Shown: piece after piece, positions 38,239 through 52,127 of the stretch
Position numbering within the stretch: position 1 is the stretch's first letter
Layout of the letters: every line of letters starts with the position of its first letter
From: Narcine bancroftii
Lineage: Eukaryota
Reading direction: 5' to 3'
DNA: 64,000 bases
NCBI RefSeq assembly: GCF_036971445.1
Contig: NC_091481.1
Span: 85,746,001 to 85,810,000 of the forward strand
Notes under the pieces: model-generated
What the model was told of the DNA's origin: nothing
What the model saw: the letters and a program-made list of their open reading frames with translations, nothing else
Database searches by the model: none
Position numbers and translations under genes: made by a program

Positions 38239-39778
38239 GTAAGCGATGTGACCCAACACTGATTTACTTTAAAGAATTGTTGAAGATGCAAGAGATTCCC
38301 TTGATTATGATGTATCCTGATGTAATCTTAAAACTTACTGGATCATCTGGGAATCTTGAGTTCCTCTGGCATGTCACAAGCTAGCCTTTGTCTTTCAAGT
38401 TTGCTCCAGAATTGTGTACTGATCGGTGGCAACTTGTGCTTTAGTATATACTTGCATTAAAGGTCTCCCCGAGCCACGTTATCTTGCCAAAGGTTCCTGT
38501 AAACTTGGAATTTGAAATTGTTTCTGAAGCCTCGTGTTCCTTCACAGGGAAAGAGAAGTCAACAAATTGTGTGAGTGTGTGTGTGTGTTTATATACATGG
38601 CAATAAAAGGACCTGGACCCTCTCATGAATCCTGACACTGTCAATGTACTACTGGTCTACTAGCGTGTGAAGCCTGAATTCGGCAGACTGTGCGGAAGAA
38701 ACCATAATTGGTTCAATGGGCAGAAAGGCGATTCTTAGCAATGTGTCATGGAGCGCTAAGAGGGCACAGTGAGACACCCACAGCACACTGCTGGCCATCC
38801 ACTGCATCCTGACCTGTCTCCAGCCGTCTCGATTATGTCTTGCCGCTGGGTCCAGATAGGCCGGGGTGAGAGAGTGAGGCTGACGACCTGTGCACTTTAA
38901 TCCAAGTCAAGCACAAGTCATGACTTAAACCCAACGTGCAACACCTAAAGTCCTGTGGCGATGGGGGAGTGGCGAAGCAGCAGGTACGGATACACTGAAA
39001 GCTGACGTCACCAACCTGCACACAGGCGGCCCAGGGCATCGTGGGCGAGCCTTCAGGGCCCGGATCGGTCTCCCCAGTCACTTCCAGACCCACAGCCACC
39101 AATCTCCCATTTGATTTTTGAAGTCATGGTCATCTTCGACTACGAAGGACGAACAACAACAACTTCTGGTTAATGAAGGAAAACAGTAACATTGAAATGG
39201 AGGCAGTTACCAAGAGACGAATTGTCCACGTGAATATCCTTGGTTTCTCCGTGGACGATGTTGCGAATCCTCCCAATTCTCTTGTATGATCATGAACTTT
39301 ATTTGCTATTTAGTTTTCACTGGCAATGAGATTATCGCCTGTCTTTGGTTATCCTGAGGACATACGACATGGAACTAGAACGACATCTGGTGCAGTTGAA
39401 AAACACAAAGCTGGAGAAGCACCAGCAGGTCAAACAGGGTCATTTATATCTTGGATTTCATTTCTAATGAAAATTGTCCTGACCAGCTGCCCACCGTGGA
39501 TCTTTTCATTTCCAGTTTATAAAAAAGCCTCCACTGACATCTGGTACATGGTTTCCCTTCATCGAAAGGTAATAGGAAAGTAAAGATAAGGAATTGGGAT
39601 GGAAGGATGTTGGGATGGTGTGCGTCCCAGCAAGTGGTGACGTGAGAAAAGAATGTATTAATAGAAATGATGGTTCCACCGTGATATGGAAATGGATAGT
39701 TTCGGGAAGGGTCAATTTTAGAAAAATAATGACTGGAGACCAAAGTCACAGCATCTCTTCACCCCTTTGTGTTAACAG

Positions 39779-39857
39779 AATTGGGAGGTGCATTATCAAC
39801 AGGACACCCCCGTGGCTCCTCGTGTTGAAGTAAATGCTCCAGACTTGTATATTCCAG
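39779..39857 (+). CDS. YIF1B: YIF1B exon 4 ([26 protein letters not shown])
   Basis: taacag acceptor, gtgagt donor, 79 nt; Yip1-domain NAPDLYIP motif. Confidence 0.97.
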
Positions 39858-42800
39858 GTGAGTGTCTGAACTGTTTGATCAGTAGTGCCTGCAGTTGGTT
39901 AAAACCAGCCTTATGAATTGTTTTGGGGGGGATTGACACATTGGGTAAGGCTCAGTACATATCTGATGTGATGCACACTTCCTAACCAATGTGAATCACT
40001 TCAGCCTTGAGTTAATGTAATTGCCTTAAAACATAAGAAATAGGGGCAGGAGTCGGCCATCTGGCCCGTCAACCCTGCTCGGCCATTCAGTGTGATCGTG
40101 GCTGATCTGATGAGAGGCTCGTTTCCACCGACCTGCCTTTTCCCCTTGTCCTTTAATTCATCTGCTGTGTAAAAATCTAACAAACCTTGTCTTAAATATA
40201 TTAACTGAGGTCGCCTCTACAGCTTCAATGGGCAGCGAATTCCACAGATTCACCACCCTCTGGGAAAAGCATTTCCTCCTCATCTCTATCCTAAATCTTC
40301 TACCCTGAATCTTGAGGCTATGTCTCTAGTTCTGGTCTCCTCCACCAATGGAAACAACTAACCTATCTCAATTGTATCTATGCTTTTCATAATTTTTGTA
40401 AGATCCCCTCTCATTCCAGCAAATACATCCCACTCGATTCAATCTCTCCTCATAGGCCATCCCTGGAATCAACCTGGTGAACCTCCTCTGTACCGCCTCC
40501 AAAGCCAGTCCATCCTTCCTCAAGTAAGGAGACCAGAACTGCTTGCAGTTCCCCAGATGTGGCCTCACCAGGACCTGGTACAGTTCCAGCAGAAACCTCC
40601 CTCATCCTAAATTCAATCCTAACATTCCATTCACATTCTTGGCTGGAGTTTCTGGGATGTGCATTTCTGGTGAAGTTTTAAATGTATTGTTTGGGGTCAT
40701 AGCTCCTTGGCCACCAATCTCTCCTGACAAACATCCACTTAGAGAGTTGTCTGTGGGCATGTGTGGCATCAGAGCCAAGCCCTGTCCCATCTCAGTACGT
40801 CGCATGGATCGTAATCACGAGCAGAAATTTAAGGTACTCTTTCCCTTTTGAATCATAACATTTTTAATACTGTCTCAGCTGAGATCTATTAATTTGCCAC
40901 AAACCATGAGTGTAAAATGAGTTTATAATCTACAGGAGTAACACAAAAGTCTGCAGACACTGTGATTGAAGTAAAAACACAACGCTAGAGAAATTCAGCA
41001 GGTCAAACAATGTGCTTTATATAGCAAAGATAAAGATACAGAACCAGTGTTTTGAACTTGAGCCCTTCATCAAGATATAACTAATGATTCAGACTTGATC
41101 CTTTCATCAAGGTATGAGTAAAATGTAGGCAGGTGCCCAAACATTTTGCTCATACCTTAATGCAGGGCTCAAGCCTGAAACGTTGGTTAAGTATCTAGGA
41201 GAGAGTGGCCAGTTATATCCATCAAGTATTTGATGAAGTAACTCCACATTTCTGTGGATAGGTCAGGCTTAATTTGCTCACAACTAAATGCACTGAAATA
41301 GCATCATAAAATATTCTCCTCCAGGACGTCTAAATTGTTCGTTAGCCTACAGTACTGGTTCAGGAGAAATTTCCTTCAACTAAATATAGTAAAATTCCCG
41401 TTATCCAGAATTCAAGCAACTGGCAAAAAAAAAGCAGAAAATAAATAGGTTTTTTAAAAAAAACCAAATGTTTAAAATTTGGCACCCCTAACGGTCAGAT
41501 CACCAATCCAACGCGCAATCTCAAGCAACCGGCAAATTCCCTTATCCAGCATCGATCAATCCACATCGGTACCAGATACCTGGGGTTTTACTGTGTCATT
41601 AATGCCAAAGCCATTAACTTTAGCGTCAGCTACAAAGTATGTTCCATCTACCAACATCATTGGTATCAATCTGAAACAGAAGCAAAAAGCTTTCAGTCGT
41701 TGCTTTCTCCAAGTCAGGGTCCTACTCGAGCTATCCAATGCACACACTCCTTGTGTTTCCTTATCACCTAAAGGGCTATTTATGTATTCCATTGAGCCCA
41801 CCCTGCTCTGAGCCACTCCCTTGCATTTCTCTGCAACCGATTTATTTTTTAATGCCTATCAGCTCCCCTCCACTTTAAGCCACTCTCTACACATTGGGCT
41901 AAACTACAGTGGCTACTTAACTTATCCAACGTGATATGGGTGGAAGCCTATGTGGTCACAGGGAGAATGTACAAATGTCTCACAGATAGTGCCAGAGGTC
42001 AAGATTGAATCTGGGTCACTGGAAATGCGAGGCAGCTGCAATAACTGCTGCACCACCAAAACACCCGTCTCTGGCTGACCTTTCCAAGGTGAGCACTGCC
42101 TCTATGTTAAATTTCTCACTCTTTTAAGTCCCTTCATAGTTTTGGAACTCCAATGTAACATTCTAGCCTGACAGCTTTTAGATGCCCTCCTCCAATGCAG
42201 AAGTCCTCTTGATCATCCCCATTGCAGTACAAGTCCAAAAATCTGGACTGTTTGGGGATTGGGTTGGTTCAGATTTTCCAGATTCTTGGTCAGTACTTCT
42301 AAAATTCAAATTTAAGGAGGAATAAGGAAGAGATGAGGAGGTATTCATTTGCAAATATAGCATGTGAGCTGATAGTTATAATTTTTTCCACTGATGAACT
42401 ATATTTTGTTGCTGCTCTTGTATCATCTGTGGTGCTTACGCATGCGCGAACACACAAAAACCCGCTGAATTTACAAAGTTTGAGTTTTCAAAAAGTCTGG
42501 ATTCTCGGGTGGCCTGGATTTCTAGCATCTGGAATTTTGGACTTCTGCTGTATTGACAACTCTCCAGAGCTTTGGCACTTTCTCAAATCTGCCCCTGATA
42601 ATCCTTACGACCCACGTCCTTGACTGTGCTCTGTAAAGCTCTTGTGAAGCACATTAGGATATTCTGTTTCAGAAGGTCATGTCGCAATTTCAAGAATTAA
42701 GTTGTTTGGATGCGCCTGAGATCCGTTGTCCGGTTTCTGGATGTCGAGATTCGATTAATCTCTTTATTATTTATGTTAACCTTGTTTAGAGGAAAGGGTT

Positions 42801-42885
42801 TGATTAAATGGGGGAGGGGGTCTCCTTTTTTCTTTTTCGTAGAGATATTTGATAAATCCTTTTTATTTTCAATGTTATCTTTGAT

Positions 42886-43651
42886 GCAAGGATCGACAAT
42901 GAGATAGACAACAGACTCGCCAAGGCAAATAGCGCCTTTGGAAGACTACACAAAAGAGTCTGGAAAAACAACCAACTGAAAAACCTCACAAAGATAAGCG
43001 TATACAGAGCCGTTGTCATACCCACACTCCTGTTCGGCTCCGAATCATGGGTCCTCTACCGGCACCACCTACGGCTCCTAGAACGCTTCCACCAGCGTTG
43101 TCTCCGCTCCATCCTCAACATCCATTGGAGCGCTTACATCCCTAACGTCGAAGTACTCGAGATGGCAGAAGTCGACAGCATCGAGTCCACGCTGCTGAAG
43201 ATCCAGCTGCGCTGGATGGGTCACGTCTCCAGAATGGAGGACCATCGCCTTCCCAAGATCGTGTTATATGGCGAGCTCTCCACTGGCCACCGTGACAGAG
43301 GTGCGCCAAAGAAAAGGTACAAGGACTGCCTAAAGAAATCTCTTGGTGCCTGCCACATTGACCACCGCCAGTGGGCTGATAACGCCTCAAACCGTGCATC
43401 TTGGCGCCTCACAATTTGGCGGGCAGCAACCTCCTTTGAAGAAGACCGCAGAGCCCACCTCACTGACAAAAGGCAAATGAGGAAAAACCCAACACCCAAC
43501 CCCAACCAACCAATTTTCCCCTGCAACCGCTGCAATCGTGTCTGCCTGTCCCGCATCGGACTTGTCAGCCACAAACGAGCCTGCAGCTGACGTGGACTTT
43601 TTACCCCCTCCATAAATCTTCGTCCGCGAAGCCAAGCCAAAGAAGAAAAGA
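42886..43651 (+). mobile_element. 5'-truncated RTE LINE inserted in an older L1-like 3' tail
   Basis: RTE C-terminal peptide with CxxC..H; 10-bp TSD TATCTTTGAT at 42876-42885 and 43652-43661. Confidence 0.92.
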
Positions 43652-43946
43652 TATCTTTGATTTATTATGAAGAAAGTTTCCATTGTTAATTCAATCCAAT
43701 CAGATTTAATCTTTTGGTTATGATATGGCTGTTTCCGATTTCAAATTTATGGAAGTTATCTATATATGTGCATAGGTTTTTTTATTAAACTCAATAAAAA
43801 TATTTCCAAAAAAAAAGGATATTCTGCCATATTAGATACCACATAAATCGAAGTTGCCCTCAGTAAACTTGAGGAAATATCTTTGTGGGTTATTATGAAA
43901 TGACTTCATTCATTGTTCTGTATGTAATGTATTTCTCTCTCTCTAG

Positions 43947-44004
43947 CAATGGCATTCATCACATATTTACTGGTGGCTGGGTTTGCCCTGGGAACTCAGA
44001 GCAG
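43947..44004 (+). CDS. YIF1B: YIF1B exon 5 (AMAFITYLLVAGFALGTQSR)
   Basis: ctctag acceptor, gtaaag donor, 58 nt. Confidence 0.95.
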
Positions 44005-44148
44005 GTAAAGAGCCTTTTGTCATGTCCCTTTCTGATCAAAGCCACAGCACAGTTGACCACTCTGAAGTGAGGTGCCTGGAGTCAGCATAATGTCATCCAT
44101 TTTATGTTCGTGAAAGAACAGTTGCACAAAAAACTGTCAGGCTTTAAC

Positions 44149-44523
44149 CAGCGGTTCCCAACCTTTTCCTTTCCACTCATGTCCCTCTGTGAGTAATCCC
44201 TAGGCCATCGGTGATCTGTGATGAGTAAGGGATTGCTCAAGGTGAGATGCGAGTGGGAAGGGAAGGTTGAGAATCACTGCTCCAGACCCAATTGTTACTG
44301 AACTATTTTGCTTGAGAAAAATGGTCGCTGGCCCATTTCCTTAGGAGTTCTGAAACCCTGCACGTAACGAGTCCATGAGGGACGATTAAAACAGTGGTTT
44401 TCAACCTTTTTCTTTCCACCCACATCCCACCTTAAGCAACCCCTTACTCATCACAGAGCACCGATGGCACAGGGAATACTTAAAGTGGAATGTGAGTGGA
44501 AAGAAAAAGGTTGAGAACCACTG
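44149..44523. mobile_element. hAT/Charlie-like MITE, composite of two TIR-bounded units
   Basis: CAG(C/T)GGTT..CAACCTTTT / AAGGTTGAGAA(T/C)CACTG occurs twice; related to the element at 967-1133. Confidence 0.75.
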
Positions 44524-45188
44524 GTTCTTTGGACTTCTCTGACATTTTTAACCTCGGATCTGCAGAGTTAACACAACGCTGTTACAGCGCCAACAACCCA
44601 GGTTCAAATCCAGCAATGTCTGGAAGGAGTTTGTATGTTCTCCCCATGTCTATTTCAGTTTTCCCCAGGAGCTCTGGTTTCCTCCCACTGTTCGAAATGT
44701 ACCGGGGGGTTGGAGGTTGATTGGGTGTATTTAGGATGTATTGGCTCATGAGCTGAAAGGGCCGGTTGCTATGCTGTATGTCTAAACTTAAAATGTTTTA
44801 AAAATTAAAAATATATCTTGCTCTGGCAAAGAGCAGTTTAATAATAACCAGGTATTCTTTCATAACATCAGTTGAGGGATAAAATGTGGCCTGGTTTCTG
44901 GATGTAACGTCTGTCTTCACAGTAATGCCTTTGTGTGTCTCTGGGAGTGAATGTGGGGCTTCAGTTTAACCACTTGCCCAAAGGTTAGCAGTGCAGAGCT
45001 GCCTGTACTATACTGCTGCTGGTGGCAACACTCTCAAACATCTCTTCCATTATCATACACCCCCCAGTCACTTGCTTGTTTTTCTTTCTGGACCCCTCCC
45101 TGCCCCAAACAATTCTCCATTCTGAAGCCATGGATGAATCCTGCATTCCAGTATGGGAGTTGGGAGTATAGGAGGGTGGATCCTGTTG

Positions 45189-45630
45189 TGTAAGGAACAA
45201 GTCCGAGAAGCAACATGTCTTGACACAGATTGGATGTAAGCAGCCTTTATTTGCCCATGAGGGAAATACGGCACAAGATACTCACTCACAGAGAGTACAA
45301 GAACAATCACGTTGGACACAAACTAAACAAGTAATATCTCTAAACCGTGCTAGATATAGACACAGTAGAGGAAAACCCACCACCCCTCAACCCAGTGCAG
45401 GTACGGCACCCAAATTTTAAAAAAAAAGGTTGGAAAGACCAATTGCAAGTTGTTTGTTCAGCACAGGTGGTCATGACCTCGATTGATAGAAGTGGTGGCT
45501 TCTGACCAGGATCCAGCCAGAGAGGTCACATAACCTTCCACAATCCACACTACTGACGGTTATCCTTTTATGTTGGGAATTGGATCCCTATTACTCGAGG
45601 TCATTCTATCCGGCCCTGGTTTTCGTTACA
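45189..45630 (-). mobile_element. Probable solo LTR
   Basis: TGTAA...TTACA termini and AATAAA on the minus strand; no matching TSD seen. Confidence 0.5.
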
Positions 45631-45668
45631 CCCAGCAATGATCAAGCTCACTTTCTTTCTTGCCACAG

Positions 45669-45824
45669 GTTCTCTCCAGAGGTGTTGGGGATGCTGGCCA
45701 GCACTGCTTTAATCTGGATGGTCATCGAAGTGCTTGTTACCCTGTTCAGTCTCTACTTGGTAACGGTGAACACTGACCTCACCACCATCGACCTCGTTGC
45801 CTTTGCCGGGTACAAATACATCGG
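45669..45824 (+). CDS. YIF1B: YIF1B exon 6 (FSPEVLG...[22 protein letters not shown])
   Basis: ccacag acceptor, gtaggt donor, 156 nt; [13 protein letters not shown] favours YIF1B over YIF1A. Confidence 0.97.
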
Positions 45825-46941
45825 GTAGGTGTATGTACGGCAAGGTTGGACGAACAGGGTGGGCAGCATTTCAGTCTGAAAGGGGGCCAGATGCGGGTGG
45901 GCTGTTGAACATGTGCCGCTGTTAGTAAAAGCATAAAGCTGGAGAAACTCAGCAGGTCAGTGCACTTTATACAGCAAAGATAAAGATGCAGAACCAATGT
46001 TTTGGGCTTGAGCCCTTCATCAAGGTACGAGTAAAATGGACCTGATCAAAATGGTTGGGGGGGGGGGGGGGAGGGTAGGAGCACAGTCCCACAGGCAGGA
46101 GGTGATAGGTGGATAAGGGAGGGAGGGGAGCAGCAAACTGGGGAGTGAAGTGGAGAGCTGGAGGAAAGGAGTCCGAGGGAAGGGGGAGAGAATGAGAACG
46201 GCGAGTGGTTTAGCAGAAACTGGAGAAGAAAATGTTCATGCCATCCGGCGGGAGAGTGTCCGGATGGAAAATTCAGTGTTGCTCCTCCAATTTACAGGTG
46301 ACCTTGGTTTGACAGTACATGATAATCAGTCTTCACTAAACATTCATCTTTAAGGATTCTTGTGTTAAGTAATGAGATAAGGAGTGAAAGACAAAAGTCT
46401 GCAGATGCTGTGATTGTAAAAACACGCAGAAATGCTGGAGGAGCTCAGCTGGTCTCGCAGCGTCCATAGGAGCTGAGCCCTTCCTCAGAGTAAGTAAGGA
46501 GATAAACCAGTGAAGTTAAACAAGAAAAAACACAATTCTGAAGAAACTCAGCGGGTCATATGACACTTTACAGAGCAAAGATAAAGGGCTCAAGCCCAAA
46601 ATGTCGGTTATGTATCTTAATCTTTGCTACATAAAGTACTGTTTGACCTGTTGAGGTTCTCCATCATTGCATTTTTACTTCAACTATGGCATCTGCAGAC
46701 CTGCCCTGATAGAAACATAGAAGATAGGAGCAGGAGTAGGTCATTCAACCCTTCTCCGCCATTCAACGAGATCATGGCTGATCTTAAAGTTCAGTACCCC
46801 GTCCCCGCCTTCTCTCCGTAACCTTTAATGTTAACTGGCTGTCAAGGTATGGGTGAAACGGGGTCGACACTGGGCGGGAGTGTGAGCATTCGCGGTAAAA
46901 TAGCTGATTCACATCTATACCATCTGATTCTCTGCCCACAG

Positions 46942-47035
46942 GATGATCATTGAAGTTCTGGCGGGGTTGATTTTTGGAAGAATGGGGTACTACGTTGCTC
47001 TGGGCTGGTGCTGCATCTCAGTTGTGGTGTTCATG
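46942..47035 (+). CDS. YIF1B: YIF1B exon 7 (MIIEVLAGLIFGRMGYYVALGWCCISVVVFM)
   Basis: ccacag acceptor, gtgagt donor, 94 nt. Confidence 0.95.
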
Positions 47036-47446
47036 GTGAGTTTTGTGATTTAATATCTCAATCACACGGAGGTTGCGGGTGTGAGGGAGAGAAGGGTTAA
47101 TTATGTAGGTCTACACAACATTATTGGCTGAAAATTCAAGATTCAATTTATTGTCATGTCATATTACATGAAATCGCTTCTGTCTGTAGGGCAGACAGGT
47201 TTGCCATCAGCAGAAATTGCCTGAAGCACCTCATACGGTCAGGAAAGCAAAAGAGAGCCCCCCCCCTCCCCCCCCAGAGTCACCCAGTGTCCATGGATTG
47301 CCTCCAACACTCTGGCAGCCACATAAAGTCCAGTCTAAACCATCTGCAGCCCAAGCTCCAGAGTCGAACCTCTGAGGGTGTGGAAGGGTTCCTAGTTGCA
47401 TTGGAGGTTGGGATCTGGAGCTTGGGCTGCAGATGGTTTGGACTGG

Positions 47447-47695
47447 ACTCTATGTGGCAGTGGGAGGGTTGGAGGCAACTCTATGTGGCAGTGGGAGGGT
47501 TGGAGGCAACTCTATGTGGCAGTGGGAGGGTTGGAGGCAACTCTATGTGGCAGTGGGAGGGTTGGAGGCAACTCTATGTGGCAGTGGGAGGGTTGGAGGC
47601 AATTCTATGTGGCTGTGGGAGGTTGGAGGCAACTCTATGTGGCAGTGGGAGGGTTGGAGGCAACTCTGTGGCTGTGGGAGGGTTGGAGGCAAACT
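47447..47695. repeat. 31-bp minisatellite ACTCTATGTGGCAGTGGGAGGGTTGGAGGCA, about 8 copies
   Basis: Directly visible tandem array in YIF1B intron 7. Confidence 0.95.
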
Positions 47696-48892
47696 CAAAG
47701 ATACTTGGTGACTCGGGGGGGTCTCTGTCTTGTTTCTCTTCTGTAACAGGCCCTCAGGCAATTTCTGCTGATGGCAAATCTGTCTGCCCTACAACAGTCA
47801 AAAGCAATTTCATGTAATATGACACTTTATTACATGACAATAATTGAATCTTGAATTCTGAGACAGCTGGAGGGAAGGATAGATTGGGGGGTGGGGTGGT
47901 TTAACAGAAACCAGAGAAGTTGATGTTGATGTCATCTAGTTGGAGGGTGCCCAAATTGAATGAGGTTGTTCCTCCAATTTGCAAGTGGTCTCAGTTTGGC
48001 AGTCCATGAGACCACGGACAGACATGTCGGCCAGGGAATGGGATGAAGGAAGCACAGTACCAGGAACATTAAATCTACTTCCATAAATCTTCTGGCTCTT
48101 CCCTGCAGTATTCTGGCTCTCCCTTGGGTTCATATCCAGGAACATGAGCTCTTGGTGGTCAAGTAGCACAGAAGTAGGCCTGTGACACAGTGAGTCAATG
48201 TGGACTGTCAAACACCCATTGACACAAATCCCACTGCCCATTGCCAACACCAGGGGCATTTGGTAGCCTCTAGCTAACCTGCCACTGAGCTCATCTTTGA
48301 GATATGGGTGGAGACCAGAGCAGCTGAAGGAAACCTACTCGGTCAGGGGGTGAACATGCAAACTCCACGCTGGCATTGCTGGAGGTCAAGATTGAACCAA
48401 GATTGCTGGAGCTCTTCCAGCTGCTCCCATTGTGCCAGCCTTGCAGGACATTAAAGAACAAGGGTCTTGGACGTAGCACCACTCCTTGGCTTGTCTGACA
48501 TCAGAAATTTACCAGCCCTCCTCAGCTGTGTTCTTACCCCTCACTTTGAAGTTCTGAGTTTCCATTGCTGAATAATGCCGACATATGGGGCAACCTGTAC
48601 AGTATGGCCCCTGGAATTTCCACCTAAAATGTGCTTTTGAATGATATCATTTGTTTCCCCCCCCCCCAAAAAAAAAAGAAAATCTGGCACTTACCACTGA
48701 CCAGTGAAAAGATCACAATATTTTAATAACAAATTACCATGTAATGGTTACAATTTTATTTCCATATTTTAAAATAAACCGCCGTCAGCTCCTGCAATGG
48801 GCTGATTAAAGCCTGTACGGAGCCGATGGCGGACAGACTGGGCAGATGGACCCCATGGAGGAGTGCTGAGACTTCGCTGGTAACTAAGAGGG

Positions 48893-49108
48893 TGTAGTGC
48901 GCGTCGAAAGAACCAGAGACTTGATGATCTAAACCAAGGCTTCTATTAACTAAAAGACTGGAGCACATCAGTCCAGAATGACCTGGTCTGGCTAGGAGCA
49001 ATCCTTTAAGACCTGCCAGTAGGTGGTGCTACACTCTCAGCCAATCACAGTCATCCTACACGACCATCTGTACATAGACACATTGGTGATAGAACCTGAA
49101 CTATCACA
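48893..49108 (-). mobile_element. Solo LTR (Gypsy-like), 216 bp
   Basis: TG...CA termini (TGTGATAG...CTACA on minus); 5-bp TSD GAGGG at 48888-48892 and 49109-49113. Confidence 0.85.
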
Positions 49109-49321
49109 GAGGGCATGCACGAAATTGCATCGGAGCCGTCGGGAAGAATGCAGTGGTATTGAGACTGAGCCTTCAAGGTTTGGATTTTCGACCCGGCGAA
49201 TAGGACGACCCTGATTTCAGGATTGTTCTATTGACATATATGGTAACAAACAGCAATGATTCAGGTGACCAGTATCTCCCAGACATCATCCTCACAACTC
49301 TCATTTTCAACTGTTTTTCAG

Positions 49322-49477
49322 ATCCGAACTCTGAGACTCAAGATTCTGTCAGAAGCAGTGGCCGAGGGGGTTCTGGTCAGGGGCACCAAGAACCAGCTGC
49401 GAATGTACCTGACCGTGGCCATTGCTGCAGTGCAGCCGCTCTTCATGTACTGCCTCACCTGTCATTTGGTGAGATAG
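49322..49477 (+). CDS. YIF1B: YIF1B exon 8 (IRTLRLKIL...NQLRMYLT...HLVR*)
   Basis: tttcag acceptor, TAG stop; exons sum to 903 nt (300 aa). Confidence 0.97.
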   Translation: MRTLRLKILSEAVAEGVLVRGTKNQLRMYLTVAIAAVQPLFMYCLTCHLVR

Positions 49478-49977
49478 GACATTTGGGGGAAAAACCTGTG
49501 CCTTTATGGTGGCTGGGGGAGGGGGAGGGGGGTGATCAATGGTCACAAAGGTAGGGATGGGCAGTGGGTTGGAGTGTGTCAGGGAACCCCAGTGGGTGGC
49601 ACAGGAGCTGGCTGTCCACCTAGAGTGAGGGCTGGGTTGGTAGGACATTCCCTAAATGTGTGTATCCATGTATGCCCTCCACTGACTGAGGGTTACAGTC
49701 TCCCAAAAGAGGCTGTGACACCCACATTCAATGAAGCAGAGAAAGGAGGGAACACATGAAATAAGCCGTCTACTCAAAGGATGGGCTTGGAATGTGGACT
49801 ACCCGCCCTTCGCAATTATCAAGCTTTTTCTGCAGGACTGCCCATATAATCGGACACACCATTTCACTGAAAGTTGAACCCTCAGCCCCAGATTTATAAT
49901 CTGCAGGCAAACCCAAGCTGATGAACAAATTTGGTGCAGGGAAATTTTTTAATACTTATTTATAAACAAGTTACGGA

Positions 49978-49983
49978 AATAAA
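49978..49983 (+). terminator. Candidate YIF1B polyadenylation signal AATAAA
   Basis: First AATAAA I noticed, about 500 nt after the stop codon. Confidence 0.55.
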
Positions 49984-51474
49984 AATTATAATCTGCAAAT
50001 CACTGAATGTTTCAATTATTTAAGCAGGTCTACTGTGTGATGCCGTAAAATATGAAAGTCTGCAGTGATTCAAGAAGCACGATGCTGGAGAAACTCGATG
50101 TGAACTTTATGTAGCAAAGATAAGGATGTAGAACCAACACTTTAAGCTTGAGCCCTTCATCAAGGTGCTGTGTTCTGCTTCCTGTTGTTTTTTTTTAACC
50201 AGCAATTGGATTGTCACTTTGGTGTCTTGGTTTATTCTCTCTGAGCTACATGGCAGAGGATGGAACTTGGTCCAATTTTTTTTGGAGGGGCAAGGAAGAA
50301 ATAACTCTGGATAAAGGTTGTCAACTACAGAAGGTTTGATTAATTGGTGAAAAAGTCCTTTATGCAGTCAATTATTATCTGGGAAACATTTCAGGGAATA
50401 GAGACGAGAAGCCAATTCAGCCGTGATCTTCAGGAAGAACAAGGAAAAGTACGATACGGAGTAAAGAATAGAGTTAAACAAGAAAATCTCCTGCTGCCCC
50501 AATCAGTTCTCCCCCTTCCCTCTCTCCTGTGTCCCATCCATATCCAGTGAACACCCTTTTGTCTGTTGGTCTGTACTCTGCCCCCTGCCCTTTCTTCCCT
50601 TCTCCCCAGCATTTTAATTCTGGTGCCTACCTTTCTATTCACGCCTCGAGAAAGGGCTCAGGCCTGAAACATCAGTAATATATCTTTACCTCCTATAGAT
50701 GATGTGAGTTTCTCCAGCATTTCTGTGTTCTTAAGAAAATATGCAGACACTGTAATTGAAAGTTCCATAAAAATGCTGGAGAAACTCAGCAAGTCTCACA
50801 ATGCTCTGAGTAAAGGGCAAATATAAAGGCCTATAACCAAGATTTCAGGCTTGATCCCTTCATCAAGGAGTAAAGAACGGAGTTGATTCAATGGCAGTCC
50901 ATAGGTGATTAGATTCTACAATGGGGGAATGCTGCTGCCATCCTGTTCCATCCTCAGCACCTGCCATGGAATTGGCCTCCTCTCCAATTTGGTTGTCAAA
51001 CATGCATCAGGCTAAGTGGCTTGTAACCTGCTCTCTGGTTTGAGTAAACCACCACTTGATTGTGGAGCAATTAACTCTGGAGGTAGAATGATTTCATTCC
51101 TGGGCCAAGACACCAGAAGTGTTCTGAAAGGAGTGAAATGTGGAAGTATGCACATGCTGTGATTGTAGTAAAACAGTCTCGCAGCGTCCACAGGAGGTAA
51201 ATATATATTACTGATGTTTCGGGACCAAGTCCTTCAAAATATCAGCAAAAAGCAGACGGGTGGCTCAATAAAGACTGGGAGAGAAAAGTGGAAGGATGGG
51301 AGGGAGTGGAATTCAGACCAACGAACAAAAGTTATATATCTGCACGTTATAGTCAATAGCGTGTAAAGGTTAAACCTCCCCACCCCATTTTTGGCTCAGG
51401 TTGCCTACCCACCTGAGCTCCCGACACCTCGACTGCCGACTCTCACCGAGGCCCCAGCCTCCCGCCCATTGTGG

Positions 51475-51766
51475 AATGCATTGAGGTCCCCTTCCCACCC
51501 CGCACACAGCATCTTTCAGCTGCCCCCGTCGGGGAAGAGATCCAGGAGGATCAGAGCCGGCCCCACCAGGCTGAGGGACAGTTTCTTCCCACGGGCAGCG
51601 AGAACGAACATCAGAGTCTCTCACGTACAAACAAAATTTATTTATTTGTAGAGTTTAAAATACTTCTCCTGCATATAAATTGTCTGTGTTTTGCACCGAA
51701 AACCGGAGAACGCTGTTTCGTCAGGTTGTACTTGTATAATCAGATGCCGATAAAACTTGCCTTGAA
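51475..51766 (+). mobile_element. Rex1/Babar-like LINE 3' fragment overlapping the ACTMAP stop codon
   Basis: HPAHSIFQLPPSGKR..RLRDSFFP peptide; tail shared with copies at 61850-62172 and 19880-20000. Confidence 0.8.
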
Positions 51767-52127
51767 GGCTTTGTATAAGTAGTGGAAGCTACCAGCTTTG
51801 TAACTGAAAGCAATGGTCGCAGAAGAATTACAACCCCACGCAATCCCAGCTTCACTCCTCCATCAGGAAGGATGTAAGACGTCCCATCCTTGTCTCGCTT
51901 TGGACTAAACTCTGTCAGCTGCATGTTGCTCCTGTGCACCTGCTCGTACTCCCACATCTGGTACTTCAGACTCTTGCCTTGCTTGGCCAACAGGAGAGAG
52001 GTGACAACACACTCCTCTGGGTAGCTGGCTGCAGCACCACCTCCGTTCAGGTAATAGAGGCCAGGAATGTCAGGATCCCTCTCATAGATGTCGTCCGGCA
52101 GTTCACACCTCAGTCCCAACAGCACTC
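51721..52127 (-). CDS. ACTMAP: ACTMAP last coding exon (GVLLG...AKQGKSLKYQMWEY..SNMQLTEFSP..GGVKLGLRG...*)
   Basis: gtacag acceptor; matches the recalled C19orf54 C-terminal motifs (KQGKS..YQ.W.Y..V..SN.QL..FSP). Confidence 0.9.

Noticed and set aside
47287-47817. Overlapping ORFs with repeated WQWEGWRQL peptides
   Set aside because: They are translations of the 31-bp minisatellite.
30919-49477. Assignment as YIF1A
   Set aside because: [29 protein letters not shown] and IRTLRLKIL match the recalled YIF1B sequence rather than YIF1A.
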